Virus record (IMG/VR): IMGVR_UViG_3300042868_009489
Source: a virus
DNA length: 64,000 nucleotides
Reading direction: 5' to 3' (one strand)
How positions within the stretch are numbered: the stretch's first letter is position 1; every line of letters begins with the position of its first letter. The notes below the pieces were generated by a model that saw only the letters and a program-made list of their open reading frames with translations, was not told the DNA's origin and did not search any database. A program made the translations under genes and the position numbers. Of the stretch, positions 1 to 9,407 are shown in pieces.

Positions 1-641
1 TGATCTAATGCGTGAAATTCTCCACCGTCTAAAGTTGAATATCTTTGATGTTTAGAGATCTTATCTTCATCTCTTACGTATCCAAGATGTTTCATGACTA
101 AGCCTGAATCAACCCAGAAGTTTCTTTGCCTAATCCAGTCAACTACATATGTGGGTTCCGAACCACAGGCTAACTTCCTATTGGCAAAACCGCCATCTTC
201 CTTAAACCTAAATATTCTACTGCTATTATTTGGAGCCCATAGTTTATCTGTACGCCATTGGTTCTCATTCCACATGTGGTAAAAGCGAACATTGGCAACA
301 TCATAAGGCGAGTTTAATAAAACAGATGAGATATCAAGATTGTCCACATCGTTTTTGTTATATAGCATTTCGTCACAATCGATTGCTATAATCCAGTCAC
401 CAAGTTTTGCATGCTGGCACATATTAGACCAGGCAAAAGCTCTTAGTTGACCCTCATGTTTTGTAAATAGTTGCTCTGGAGTTGAGTAAACATGACAATA
501 TTTTTCTGCTATTTTAGCTGTATTGTCAGTAGAACAATCATCCGTAAAAACAATACCATCTACTTGCTGTGAAAGCCTTTCTAGAACTTCCTCTAGAAAT
601 CTTCCCTCTTCATTTCTGCCCACCATTTGAGCGTATATCAT
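1..641 (-). CDS. Glycosyltransferase family 2 (partial, runs off the window start)
   Basis: Not in the ORF track. My translation from ATG at 641 (RBS AAGGAAAG upstream) gives MIYAQMVGRNEEGRFLEEVL...VFTDDCSTDNT...WIIAIDCDE...MKHLGY, with the GT-A DDxSxD and DxD motifs. Confidence 0.85.
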   Translation of the reverse strand, partial: MIYAQMVGRNEEGRFLEEVLERLSQQVDGIVFTDDCSTDNTAKIAEKYCHVYSTPEQLFTKHEGQLRAFAWSNMCQHAKLGDWIIAIDCDEMLYNKNDVDNLDISSVLLNSPYDVANVRFYHMWNENQWRTDKLWAPNNSSRIFRFKEDGGFANRKLACGSEPTYVVDWIRQRNFWVDSGLVMKHLGYVRDEDKISKHQRYSTLDGGEFHALD

Positions 642-660
642 ATACTTTCCTTAAGGTTTA

Positions 661-696
661 TAGAGGGTAACACTAAGTGAATAGTGCTACCCTCTA
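661..696 (-). terminator. Intergenic 15-bp stem-loop (terminator or processing hairpin)
   Basis: Minus strand reads TAGAGGGTAGCACTA-TTCACT-TAGTGTTACCCTCTA, with one G-U pair and no clear U-tract. Confidence 0.5.
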
Positions 697-709
697 GTTA
701 ATAGGATTC

Positions 710-892
710 TTAGATCTCCAACATTTCACGGACTTCTACAGCCGAGATTCGATCTACATTAGTCTTACTGGTAATGACTTCGCCCTTAACGCCACGACGT
801 CCAAGGACAACCTTTTCAGCTTCTGACTTATTCTTGGCTTTAACAACATAAGAAGTAGTTACTTCAAAATAGTTAAACTTATTTTCTGCCAT
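710..892 (-). CDS. Small hypothetical protein
   Basis: 60-aa ORF with an AAGGAA RBS, co-directional with its neighbours. Confidence 0.75.
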   Translation of the reverse strand: MAENKFNYFEVTTSYVVKAKNKSEAEKVVLGRRGVKGEVITSKTNVDRISAVEVREMLEI

Positions 893-902
893 ATTATTTC
901 CT

Positions 903-1316
903 TTATTTAGTTGATGGATATGTATTAGATATATATTCTACAGCTTCCTCAAGAGTATCTGCAACTTTTGTGGCAAGAAACTTAAGATAAATTCTGTGCT
1001 GTAGATCTTGATGTGCCCAAACAATTACTGGTTGATTGTTTAGATGAGCCCAGGTCATTTCAAAGTCTGTTCCAATGTATGCCCTATAGAGTAATGTGTA
1101 TTCTACTAAAATAATATCACAGCTTTTTTGCAAAAATAGATTTTTATCTACTATTTCTTTCGGCTTGCAGTCTTCTTCCTCTAAGGCATAGTCCATTGGA
1201 TTGACTGCTTTAAAACCTCTATGATTTAAAAGAGAAGTTGCCTCATTTCTCCAACTATATTTAAAGTCAGATTGAATATCTTCTATTGCTCCTGATAAGA
1301 ATACTCTAGTTTGCAT
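903..1316 (-). CDS. Nucleoside 2-deoxyribosyltransferase / nucleotide N-glycosidase-like protein
   Basis: Pattern VFLSGAI...WR...NPMD...SCDIILV...GTDFEM.WA....PVIVW is typical of the NDT-like family. Confidence 0.75.
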   Translation of the reverse strand: MQTRVFLSGAIEDIQSDFKYSWRNEATSLLNHRGFKAVNPMDYALEEEDCKPKEIVDKNLFLQKSCDIILVEYTLLYRAYIGTDFEMTWAHLNNQPVIVWAHQDLQHRIYLKFLATKVADTLEEAVEYISNTYPSTK

Positions 1317-1878
1317 TTTTATTCTCTCTAAAAAATGTTGTTGATATTATTTTATTTCCACTTATAACTTCTTCTGCCCTATGAATTAAATGAGAAGGAA
1401 GTAATACTAAACTATTTTCTATGGGCTTAACAGTAATTTTTAATTCTGGAAAAAATAAATTACCACCCTCAAAATCTTGGTTAATATAATAAACGCATGA
1501 GTAAGTCATCTTTTTTTCTTCATCTAAATACAATAAATCATTATGATCCATCCAAAAGCTTCCAGGTTTATAACACGTTATTCCACCGCAGTATTCACTA
1601 CCTTCCCATTGACTAACATGGGTGGTGTTTAATAAGAGATTTAGTGCTTCTAGCTTCTGTGTATTTAAAGAATATAAAATTTCATATAAATTTGGATTAC
1701 TGGAGTCTACCCAATTTCCTAAAATATCATATGAATTAAAATCATCTTTTTTAAGAGGATTATTTTGAGCATTAAAAAAATCCAAAGTGTCAATCTGATT
1801 TAAAATTAGATCTTTAAGTTCTTTATGACGAGAAAAGAAATTTTCAATACGATAAATACCTTCACCAAAGTGCTGCAT
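1306..1878 (-). CDS. 2OG-Fe(II) oxygenase (prolyl-4-hydroxylase-like)
   Basis: HxD (HND), YINQDFEGGNLFF and a distal His (LIHRAEEV.SG.K). Confidence 0.85.
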   Translation of the reverse strand: MQHFGEGIYRIENFFSRHKELKDLILNQIDTLDFFNAQNNPLKKDDFNSYDILGNWVDSSNPNLYEILYSLNTQKLEALNLLLNTTHVSQWEGSEYCGGITCYKPGSFWMDHNDLLYLDEEKKMTYSCVYYINQDFEGGNLFFPELKITVKPIENSLVLLPSHLIHRAEEVISGNKIISTTFFRENKNAN

Positions 1879-1919
1879 TGTGCTTCTCCACTGACTAATG
1901 ATTATCTAGAGCTAGGCTC

Positions 1920-2321
1920 TTACGCCTTCTTAAATTCCTCAAATGTTTTATCGCCTACGCCAAAGTACTCTCTAGCTAATCCGGCTTTGACAATTTCAGT
2001 ATTAAGACATTCACCAGCTTCGTTCCATACTCTGGCAAGGATTCTACCATACTTCTCATTTTTGTCTAGAATGGTTTCGATCTTTACTTTGTTATTAGCT
2101 TTCTTGATCCATTGATCGGTAAACTCTTTTGCAGCAAGACCCATTTTCTTTTCTTCAAGATTAGTTGTACGGCTTTCTGGTGTGTTAACACCATATAGTC
2201 TGACGCTTTTTGGCCCAATATGAACCTCAAAACCAAGATCTATCTTAATCTTAAACGTATCTCCGTCAACTATCTTAACTACTTCTGCATTGTAAAGGTA
2301 AACATTGAATTGATCTGACAT
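1920..2321 (-). CDS. Thermonuclease (SNase-like)
   Basis: VVKIVDGDT, VRLYGVNTPES, KYGRILA and KAGLA motifs. Confidence 0.9.
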   Translation of the reverse strand: MSDQFNVYLYNAEVVKIVDGDTFKIKIDLGFEVHIGPKSVRLYGVNTPESRTTNLEEKKMGLAAKEFTDQWIKKANNKVKIETILDKNEKYGRILARVWNEAGECLNTEIVKAGLAREYFGVGDKTFEEFKKA

Positions 2322-2322
2322 T

Positions 2323-3126
2323 TTAATCTCTTTCTATTCCTATGAAATCGCAGGCTTTGCGAAATATTGATTGGCTTACTTTGAATTGGGCGTCGGCATG
2401 ACTGTAGCCTTCGCCCGGTTTTGGGGATGAGGCGTGCCAGCTATGACCTATTGATACACTACCATCATACACTACATTGTAGCCACGATGACGTGCGAAG
2501 TAGGAGCACCAAGTCTCCTCGTAGTAATGAGGCGTTGGTAGGAAGGCTCCTATTGCCTCGGGGTACATCTTTCTATACTCTTCATCACTTGTTAGAGCAT
2601 CCCAAACTGATCTTCTAATAAAGTAAGCAGAACCGGATACTGTCACACAGTTTACTCGGTCTTTATATAAAGAATCTTCTTGATCTGCCTGGTTCCAACC
2701 TCTATGTCTTGGTTCCGTATTAGATCCAACAATTCCAGCATGTTTAATCAGGCCGTATTCATCCCTTTGTTTAGGACCCAGAATATGAATGTCGCTGTTA
2801 TCATCAAATATTTTCTGCACAGCGTTTATATCGTCATTGGTAAACCATACGTCTGAGTTTAACAATGCTATTATGTCTCCACTGCCGTGAGCCGCTAACT
2901 GATTGCAGGCCGCAGAATAACCTATGTTCTTATTTAGAAATATTCTGTCTATATTATACTTCGAATCGTTTTCCCTAAACCACTGTATCGTATCATCAGA
3001 AGAATCATTATCTGCGATATAAAGTTTCCAATTTTTATTAGACGGAGATGTACCCTTATGTAGTTCGTCTACTAATCTTTCTAATAGTGGTCTCGTATTA
3101 TAATTTACTACACAAAGATCTATCAT
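2323..3126 (-). CDS. Glycosyltransferase family 2 (WbbL/rhamnosyltransferase-like)
   Basis: VVNYN, ADNDSSDD, NIGYSAACN, LLNSD, VSGSAYFIRR and YYEET motifs. Confidence 0.88.
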   Translation of the reverse strand: MIDLCVVNYNTRPLLERLVDELHKGTSPSNKNWKLYIADNDSSDDTIQWFRENDSKYNIDRIFLNKNIGYSAACNQLAAHGSGDIIALLNSDVWFTNDDINAVQKIFDDNSDIHILGPKQRDEYGLIKHAGIVGSNTEPRHRGWNQADQEDSLYKDRVNCVTVSGSAYFIRRSVWDALTSDEEYRKMYPEAIGAFLPTPHYYEETWCSYFARHRGYNVVYDGSVSIGHSWHASSPKPGEGYSHADAQFKVSQSIFRKACDFIGIERD

Positions 3127-3398
3127 TTATTTCTCTTGTCTTCTACTACAGACTTAAATGCGTCTTCTTTATTCAAACCAAGATCTAGATATTTATCATA
3201 TCTACTAAAGGCTTCTTTTATATTTTCCTTATCAAAGAATTCTATAAAACTACTTTGTGGATTATATATTTTTGTTGCTTCAAAAAGTCTTTCGTCAGTA
3301 AAAAAGTTTGTTTCTATCATCTTCTTTCTTTTTTGCCCATATGCAAAGTAGAAACATGCTGCTACTACCGCGATACTAATTCCAATCTTCATCTTCAT
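3123..3398 (-). CDS. Hypothetical protein with an N-terminal hydrophobic anchor
   Basis: Hydrophobic segment IGISIAVVAACFYFAYG followed by a basic patch; 4-nt overlap with the next gene. Confidence 0.65.
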   Translation of the reverse strand: MKMKIGISIAVVAACFYFAYGQKRKKMIETNFFTDERLFEATKIYNPQSSFIEFFDKENIKEAFSRYDKYLDLGLNKEDAFKSVVEDKRNK

Positions 3399-3618
3399 CT
3401 GAGGATCCTCCTATAAATTTATTTTCACTTATTGCTTTTACCGCTTCTTCACTTAAATGAAGTGTAGACAATTTGCTTTTTTCATCCTTGATCGAAGAAG
3501 CTAAGTGTATCAAAGAATTTGCTATTTGCAACATCTCATCTATAGAAGTAACTAGATATGTTTGACCAGACTCAAGCTTAATATTAATTTTCTTTTTATC
3601 TATTCTCTTCTTACTCAT
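3376..3618 (-). CDS. Hypothetical protein
   Basis: 80-aa ORF overlapping both neighbours in operon style. Confidence 0.65.
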   Translation of the reverse strand: MSKKRIDKKKINIKLESGQTYLVTSIDEMLQIANSLIHLASSIKDEKSKLSTLHLSEEAVKAISENKFIGGSSDEDEDWN

Positions 3619-3853
3619 TTTTCTTCTTAACTTTCTTAGTTTTTACTTCCTCTAATTCTATATCCTCTAATGATATAGGGTAAACACATAGGGAACTTGT
3701 ATCTGGCTCAAATGTTGCAAAAAGTATTCTCTTATCATCATTCGTGTAACCCTCTGGTGGGGGTGTTTCTAAAGCTATTTTCTTTGAAGAACAACCATAA
3801 ACCTGACTGTGGTTTTTGTATACTACAATATAATTTAACTTAGAAGCTGCCAT
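3611..3853 (-). CDS. Hypothetical protein
   Basis: 80-aa ORF in the operon. Confidence 0.65.
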   Translation of the reverse strand: MAASKLNYIVVYKNHSQVYGCSSKKIALETPPPEGYTNDDKRILFATFEPDTSSLCVYPISLEDIELEEVKTKKVKKKNE

Positions 3854-4304
3854 TATCTATCCTTATAGTCTGTACATTTGCTTTTGATAAAAAAGATTCT
3901 ACATCTTCCCAATTCTTATAATCAGAATCATACAAATAGTATACAGTATCTAGGGTGCTATTTGCTATCAGTTTAGCGCAACTAAAACAAGGAGGACCGT
4001 TTACATATATTTTTTTTGGCCTTGAGCTATAATCAGAATGAAGTAAGGCGTTTGCTTCCGCATGAATAGCTATGCAGTTGTCATATACTGATCCACTATT
4101 TGAGTTTTCGAGAAAGCGTTTACATCCACCCTCATTACAGTGTAGGAAACCTCTTGGTCCACCGTTATACCCAAAGCCCACTATATGATTATATTCGTCC
4201 ACTAGCATAGCTGCATATTGTTTTTTGCCACAAGTAGAAAATGTTTTCGAACTATCAATACACATCTTCATAAATTGTATATCTTTTTTAGATATTACAG
4301 TCAT
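3840..4304 (-). CDS. dCMP deaminase
   Basis: GYNG, HAEANAL and PCFSCAK zinc-deaminase motifs. Confidence 0.9.
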   Translation of the reverse strand: MTVISKKDIQFMKMCIDSSKTFSTCGKKQYAAMLVDEYNHIVGFGYNGGPRGFLHCNEGGCKRFLENSNSGSVYDNCIAIHAEANALLHSDYSSRPKKIYVNGPPCFSCAKLIANSTLDTVYYLYDSDYKNWEDVESFLSKANVQTIRIDNGSF

Positions 4305-4471
4305 AATATAAGGGAGATTATAAATCCTGCGATGGTTCCCGTTGTCAAGGCCAATGCAATTGCTGTAAATTTAATACTCTTCTGTTTAGAAGATTGATTT
4401 AACATCTGCAAACTTATGGTCCAGTTAATCAAAAAAGAAAATACTATAAATAATAGTATATTTTTATACAT
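4301..4471 (-). CDS. Small membrane protein with two hydrophobic segments (56 aa)
   Basis: Below the ORF-track cutoff. Translates as MYKNILLFIVFSFLINWTISLQMLNQSSKQKSIKFTAIALALTTGTIAGFIISLIL, fills the gap exactly and has an ATGA overlap with the dCMP deaminase. Confidence 0.7.
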   Translation of the reverse strand: MYKNILLFIVFSFLINWTISLQMLNQSSKQKSIKFTAIALALTTGTIAGFIISLIL

Positions 4472-5195
4472 GTATTGAGACCAATCTATCTATTGATACT
4501 GGAAACTTTTCTTTAGTTAGATTGTATACCGCTTTTGCATACTCTTGAATTTCTACTTGGGATTCTTCTCCCAATCTTTGATTTAAGAATAAAGCCACAG
4601 ACTGAAGACTGCATGACCATCTATATACAACGTACATGCCATATGCTGGCAGAAATAATCTAGCTTGTTCTGGAGCAATCCCTTGCTCAAGCGCCATGTT
4701 GTATATAGATTCACACTTATCAACTAATTGCTTTAACTCTGTATTTAATATGGCACCAGTCCACGGACCAGCTAGTCCAGAGGAGCCTTGTTTTTTGTTT
4801 TCTGCAGCGAGTCTCCACTGTTCTGGCCCAGGTATATAGAATTCTGGATCCATAGTTATGTACCTTCTGGAAGATTCGTTCCAGGAATCCATTGTATGAT
4901 CTGATCCAACTACATATTTCCAATGTTGCCTAGCAACCATAAGCGGAGCTTTAAATTCAAATGTTAAAAACGCGTGACGAAACGGTGACATATGATTTTC
5001 TCTTGCTAAAAAATCTATCAGCCTTGCGTCTTGCACGGAAAGCTCACTTGATTCTTTGGCAAAAGATGCTCTTGCGGCGTTAACTATAGATAGATCACTA
5101 CCCATAACATCAACTAATCTAACATAACCCTTATCTAAAACAGGTATTGTGTTATTGTCGTAATCTTCATTTTCCATCTTCTGATTCATCGTCAT
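4464..5195 (-). CDS. thyX: FAD-dependent thymidylate synthase
   Basis: NAARAS, HMSPF, VARQ..., WNESSRRY, EQARLFLP and QVEIQEYA motifs. The true start may be MENED. Confidence 0.92.
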   Translation of the reverse strand: MTMNQKMENEDYDNNTIPVLDKGYVRLVDVMGSDLSIVNAARASFAKESSELSVQDARLIDFLARENHMSPFRHAFLTFEFKAPLMVARQHWKYVVGSDHTMDSWNESSRRYITMDPEFYIPGPEQWRLAAENKKQGSSGLAGPWTGAILNTELKQLVDKCESIYNMALEQGIAPEQARLFLPAYGMYVVYRWSCSLQSVALFLNQRLGEESQVEIQEYAKAVYNLTKEKFPVSIDRLVSIHV

Positions 5196-5526
5196 AATCT
5201 TCTTCTTCGTCTATGTAGATATAGTATCCTATATCATCTTGATCCAAGTTTACCATATAGTTGTTAAAATCTTTTGTCTTTGCATACAGCATCTCTAAGA
5301 TTTCTGACACTTCTACTGGTATCTCAAATGGCTCATCACAATCTTCAGTAAGATTAACTATAATTAAATTTATTTCCTGCATAGCCGTAATTAGTTCAGA
5401 CAAAAATAAAGAATAATCTCTTGCATTATTTAATGAGTGAGCACTAGCTATGCCAGGCATAGAACCTATATTTTGCGGAGAAGTTATTTCTGAAAATATC
5501 TTATCAAAATTTTTGTCATCTGACAC
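5167..5526 (-). CDS. Acidic hypothetical protein
   Basis: 119-aa ORF with a strongly acidic C-terminus. Confidence 0.65.
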   Translation of the reverse strand: MSDDKNFDKIFSEITSPQNIGSMPGIASAHSLNNARDYSLFLSELITAMQEINLIIVNLTEDCDEPFEIPVEVSEILEMLYAKTKDFNNYMVNLDQDDIGYYIYIDEEEDYDDESEDGK

Positions 5527-5537
5527 AGTAAACCAAC

Positions 5538-7637
5538 CTATGCTGTTATGTTATCCTTGATAAATTTAATTTCACAAGAATCAGTTGTACAGTAACGTTC
5601 ACCAATTGCATCGGCAGCCATGCCAGCATACACTCCAGTTAAGTCTATTGGGAATAATGTAAGTCCAGCGTTTGTATACTCTTCTTCTGTTATTTGAGTG
5701 TACGGCATTTGTGGATATGTATCATTGCCACTTGGTAAAAAGGATACTGTCTTCAATTGTCCATCGTACATATGTAATACAGTTCCAACATGTTCTGCCT
5801 CAGTATCTTTATTGAAAGATATTGTTACAGATACAGAGTTGTCTGACCAATAGCGTTGTGCGGTTGCGGCTAAAGACATTTTTTCAAAGATTGTAACATC
5901 TTTTTCAGCTCTTTCAGCATCGGATTTAATTGGGAAATATACAACAGAAGTTGTATTTGGTGATTCAGAAGCTGGCTCGACTCTATAGTTGGCCATTCTA
6001 AATAGTGGTAGCATCGGATCCTCGTTAGAGAATCTGATGGTTCTATTGAAGTATTTACCACCCGGTGTCCAGTGTACGCCAGGTGATTCACCAGCAAGAA
6101 TAGACACAGTTCCAGAAGGCTTGATGGTGGTCATCTTGATAGATTCACGGATACCCAACCACTCAGAATAAACATTGTCATATCTCTGAATAGTTTTATA
6201 TCCTTGATCCATCCATTCACGAAGTGCCGGAACTCCAACACGATCAGCAAAGTTTGCAACACCAGACATTGATGCACCGATGCGACGATTGCGTTGCATG
6301 ATTGCGTTAGTTTCTTCCCAGTGTGTAGGAAGGAGTGTAACAGTCTTAGCATACAGGTATGCGAACTTTAGAGTACGCTTATAGTCTTCTAGGCTGTCGT
6401 GACGATTGAGATATGTCTCTACCAAGGTGCAACACTCATATGATTCTAGTGACTGCTCAGCGCATGGGTTATAGCCTGCAACTCTATGATCCTTGTTGTT
6501 TGGTGGATCAGCTAGACGTCCATACTTACGGGACATGTCCATCCAAAGAACACCAGGCTCTCCGTTGAGAGAGATGCCTTCTACTATGGAAGATAAGTCT
6601 GCGCCGACTACTGTTTCTACAGAGTTGTTAGACATCCAACCCCAACCTGGAGCAGATGAATCATATGAGTTACGTTCAGGAAATCGTTCTGAATTTTTTA
6701 AGTTTAAGAAATCTTGATCATCTAAACGGCCAATTAACAACTCAGCTGAACGACGAACGTTTCCAGATACTACGCATACTCCAATAACGTTTCCAATGTC
6801 TGCTATGTCTATGCGTGTTAACTTGTCGCCTTTGCGTCCAGTAAACATTTTTCTTATATGATCATGAAGCCTCTCTAATGGCTCATGACCAGCAGCTACA
6901 CCACCAAATGTTTTAATTGGAGTACCGTTTGGGCGAATTAAAGAATAATCAAAGTTATAAGTAGGCTGATTCTCTTTGAGGTATGAGTTAAGTAGCAGTG
7001 CCATAGACTCAACCCAACCTTCTCTAGTGTCAGGTATTATGTATGATGTTGATTCTTTTGGTTCATAGATAATAAAATCTTTATCTGCACCTTTATCGTC
7101 AAAGCCTACACCAACACCGAGCATTGATGCTTCCATAAGAAACGCAAACGGTTTTGCTGGGTTAAATTTATTCATTTCCCCAGTAGAAACAAACGCGCAG
7201 TTCTGTAATGCAGCAGAGTTCTTTTGTATATTTACAATGTTTGTACCCATAGCCCAAAGACCACGACCAGGAGGAGTCCACTTAAGATTGAACAATCTAT
7301 CAAAAGCTTCTTTCGCACTAGCCTGTGCCCTAGCATCATTCCATGGTAAGCGATTCTTTTTGCAGTGATCTTTCTGCAAAGAGTACATTCCGTTAATGAC
7401 TCTTTCACATACGTCAGACCATGTCTCTTTTGTTCCATCTTCTTTTAATCTAGAATAAGTTCGAAGAAAAGTTATCTCTCCAACGGAGTTCCCAGCTGCA
7501 TCTCTATACCCAAATGGTGCAGACTTAGACCTATATGATTCTATGAAATCATCAGTTAACTTGAATAAGAACATAGAAGATTGCTTGGTGGCAATCGGTG
7601 TTAGATCTGGGTTTCCGTTTTCGATTTCTTCTGACAT
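5538..7637 (-). CDS. nrdJ: Class II (adenosylcobalamin-dependent) ribonucleotide reductase, monomeric type
   Basis: RTYSR, PPGRGLW, NCAF, GNVRRSA, NPCAEQ.L...ECC.L, TIKPSGTVS and a C-terminal YCTTDSC. Confidence 0.93.
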   Translation of the reverse strand: MSEEIENGNPDLTPIATKQSSMFLFKLTDDFIESYRSKSAPFGYRDAAGNSVGEITFLRTYSRLKEDGTKETWSDVCERVINGMYSLQKDHCKKNRLPWNDARAQASAKEAFDRLFNLKWTPPGRGLWAMGTNIVNIQKNSAALQNCAFVSTGEMNKFNPAKPFAFLMEASMLGVGVGFDDKGADKDFIIYEPKESTSYIIPDTREGWVESMALLLNSYLKENQPTYNFDYSLIRPNGTPIKTFGGVAAGHEPLERLHDHIRKMFTGRKGDKLTRIDIADIGNVIGVCVVSGNVRRSAELLIGRLDDQDFLNLKNSERFPERNSYDSSAPGWGWMSNNSVETVVGADLSSIVEGISLNGEPGVLWMDMSRKYGRLADPPNNKDHRVAGYNPCAEQSLESYECCTLVETYLNRHDSLEDYKRTLKFAYLYAKTVTLLPTHWEETNAIMQRNRRIGASMSGVANFADRVGVPALREWMDQGYKTIQRYDNVYSEWLGIRESIKMTTIKPSGTVSILAGESPGVHWTPGGKYFNRTIRFSNEDPMLPLFRMANYRVEPASESPNTTSVVYFPIKSDAERAEKDVTIFEKMSLAATAQRYWSDNSVSVTISFNKDTEAEHVGTVLHMYDGQLKTVSFLPSGNDTYPQMPYTQITEEEYTNAGLTLFPIDLTGVYAGMAADAIGERYCTTDSCEIKFIKDNITA

Positions 7638-7646
7638 ACTATCTCC

Positions 7647-8351
7647 TTATTTTGCTAATGCTAAAGTTTTTACGTACTTAGGGTTTAATTTTTCTATTTC
7701 TGTTTTCTTGATCTTTTTTATCTGATCATAATTATACACGTTATATATTTCTCTTTCGAAAAAATATCCACTTCTCCAGTTAAAAACTTTGTCTATTACA
7801 TTCTTGTGATTTTGAAAAACATTTGATATGACTGCACCACCATATATCCTAACTAGGTTTTGCATTTTTTTAATCACGATGTCTTTATTTCTATCATTTA
7901 AATCACCGTTTTGTTCTGCCTGATTATATAACCAATTAAAGCTTTGCCTAGTTAATGGGGAATAATCAATTGGATCGATGATGCCAATCGATAGTAACTC
8001 TTTTTGATTGGTTTGTATATATAAATCTTTCTTAACTATATCTAAAAATAAAGAAAACCAATCTCTTTCCTTGTACTGATTCCAGGTAGGGCACCAAAAT
8101 AAAATGAGGTGAACTGGATCAGGGATATTTGTTTTCTCCATTGTTGGCAATAACATCGTGCAGGATATTGCCCTCTTTATATCTTCTTTACTTATATCAG
8201 AATTCTTATTCTTGTTTTCAAGATTCATCCACAGTTTTGAAATGTGCGTTTTCCAATCTGCTTCACCTATGTATAGGTTAAGATACTTTTCAGCAACATC
8301 TAATGGAAGGGCTTTGTCTCTAATTACCGTATTTAACTGATCTAAAAACAT
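7647..8351 (-). CDS. Hypothetical protein
   Basis: 234-aa ORF with a GAGGA RBS and no recognised motif. Confidence 0.75.
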   Translation of the reverse strand: MFLDQLNTVIRDKALPLDVAEKYLNLYIGEADWKTHISKLWMNLENKNKNSDISKEDIKRAISCTMLLPTMEKTNIPDPVHLILFWCPTWNQYKERDWFSLFLDIVKKDLYIQTNQKELLSIGIIDPIDYSPLTRQSFNWLYNQAEQNGDLNDRNKDIVIKKMQNLVRIYGGAVISNVFQNHKNVIDKVFNWRSGYFFEREIYNVYNYDQIKKIKKTEIEKLNPKYVKTLALAK

Positions 8352-8406
8352 TTATAATCCTCATTAACCCTAGACAAAACTACAAAAACTTATATAAGAG
8401 ACCCTT

Positions 8407-8444
8407 TAAAACAGTTATCCCGCCCTGATTGGGGCGGGATAACT
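8407..8444 (-). terminator. Rho-independent terminator
   Basis: AGTTATCCCGCCC-CAATCA-GGGCGGGATAACT followed by GTTTT on the minus strand, a perfect 13-bp stem. Confidence 0.8.
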
Positions 8445-8483
8445 ATCTTACGCTAAGTAGCTGCGTCGGTTTCCGTACTGACA

Positions 8484-8492
8484 AGTATATCA
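8484..8492 (-). promoter_or_regulatory. Extended -10 promoter element TGATATACT
   Basis: TGn-TATACT in an intergenic region; resembles TGATATAAT at 61389-61397. Confidence 0.45.
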
Positions 8493-8523
8493 GTTAGGAT
8501 TTTCTTATGTTGTGTTTAACTAA

Positions 8524-8727
8524 TTATTTCAAAGAAGCAGCAGAGTCCTTGTCTCCAATTTTTGTTGCTGCGAATCCCTTGATAACGCTAAGTCCTGCTG
8601 CTGCTGCAGCTGTTGCAGCTGCTTTAGCTTGGTCAACTCCACCAACTGTATAAACAGCAATGAATGTTTGTGCCGCAGTCCAAAGGGCTCTTTCAAGTAC
8701 GTCTTTAATTAATTTCTGATCTGGCAT
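8524..8727 (-). CDS. Putative holin (actinobacteriophage/r1t-type)
   Basis: KDVLERALWTAAQTFIAV...AAAAAGLSVIK...GDKDSASL-like pattern typical of actinophage holins; two hydrophobic helices. Confidence 0.7.
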   Translation of the reverse strand: MPDQKLIKDVLERALWTAAQTFIAVYTVGGVDQAKAAATAAAAAGLSVIKGFAATKIGDKDSAASLK

Positions 8728-8742
8728 TTGTTTCTCCTATTG

Positions 8743-9336
8743 TTAAAGAGCGATTGCTGATGGTACACCTTTGTACTCACCAACTTTATTGCGACCGTAT
8801 TCACTAGCAGTATTTGCTTGTCCATAACCAGCTGGCATTACTTCCGCTGACGTTACACCGTCAAAGATGTAGTTGTTATAGAGGCTGTAAGCAGTTGTAC
8901 GCTCTGCGTGACCCAGGTTAGCAAATGCTTCCGCTGAAGTTACACCGTCGAAGATATAGTTGCTATAGAGGCTGTAGTCGGTTGTGCGCTTTGCATGACC
9001 GCCATCTAGTGCCTTAGCTGTTGTGAGGCCCTTGTATTCACTTGGACGGAATCTCATTCCACCAAATGTAGTAGTTCCATCTGCAAATGTTCCAGCTAAT
9101 GGAGTAGTCCCTGCATAGAGAGTAGAGCCATTAAAAAGCTGGGAAAGAAGAACGTTACCTGGATGGTAGCCAGTTCCTGGAACGTGGTTGTTGTCTGGAG
9201 CTCCGTCAAGAACGTGGCTAGTTGCAAACAAAGGATAGAATGAGTATGTGCCAGCTGTACCCTTGTAAGGGTTCACCATGTTAACAGTGTCACGACCTTT
9301 GAGTACCGGCCTAGGGCCAGCGTAATAAGTTGCCAT
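8743..9336 (-). CDS. Probable virion protein with an internal 29-aa repeat
   Basis: G/A/T/Y-rich, strong AAGGAG RBS, upstream TTTACTATAAATA motif. Confidence 0.7.
   Translation of the reverse strand: MATYYAGPRPVLKGRDTVNMVNPYKGTAGTYSFYPLFATSHVLDGAPDNNHVPGTGYHPGNVLLSQLFNGSTLYAGTTPLAGTFADGTTTFGGMRFRPSEYKGLTTAKALDGGHAKRTTDYSLYSNYIFDGVTSAEAFANLGHAERTTAYSLYNNYIFDGVTSAEVMPAGYGQANTASEYGRNKVGEYKGVPSAIAL
8841..9000 (-). repeat. Imperfect direct repeat, 87-nt period, two copies
   Basis: Encodes GHAKRTTDYSLYSNYIFDGVTSAE and GHAERTTAYSLYNNYIFDGVTSAE. Confidence 0.9.
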
Positions 9337-9365
9337 TTTGTAATCTCCTTAAAAGAATAATGTGC

Positions 9366-9378
9366 TATTTATAGTAAA
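9366..9378 (-). promoter_or_regulatory. Candidate late promoter TTTACTATAAATA
   Basis: Contains the T4-late-like TATAAATA; the TTTACTATA core recurs at 11131-11139. Confidence 0.45.
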
Positions 9379-9407
9379 ATCAAATAGCCACTTATTAACT
9401 ATTAAAA

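Noticed and set aside
5538-7637. Intein or intron in nrdJ
   Set aside because: The length is typical, the motifs are contiguous, and no splicing motifs were seen.
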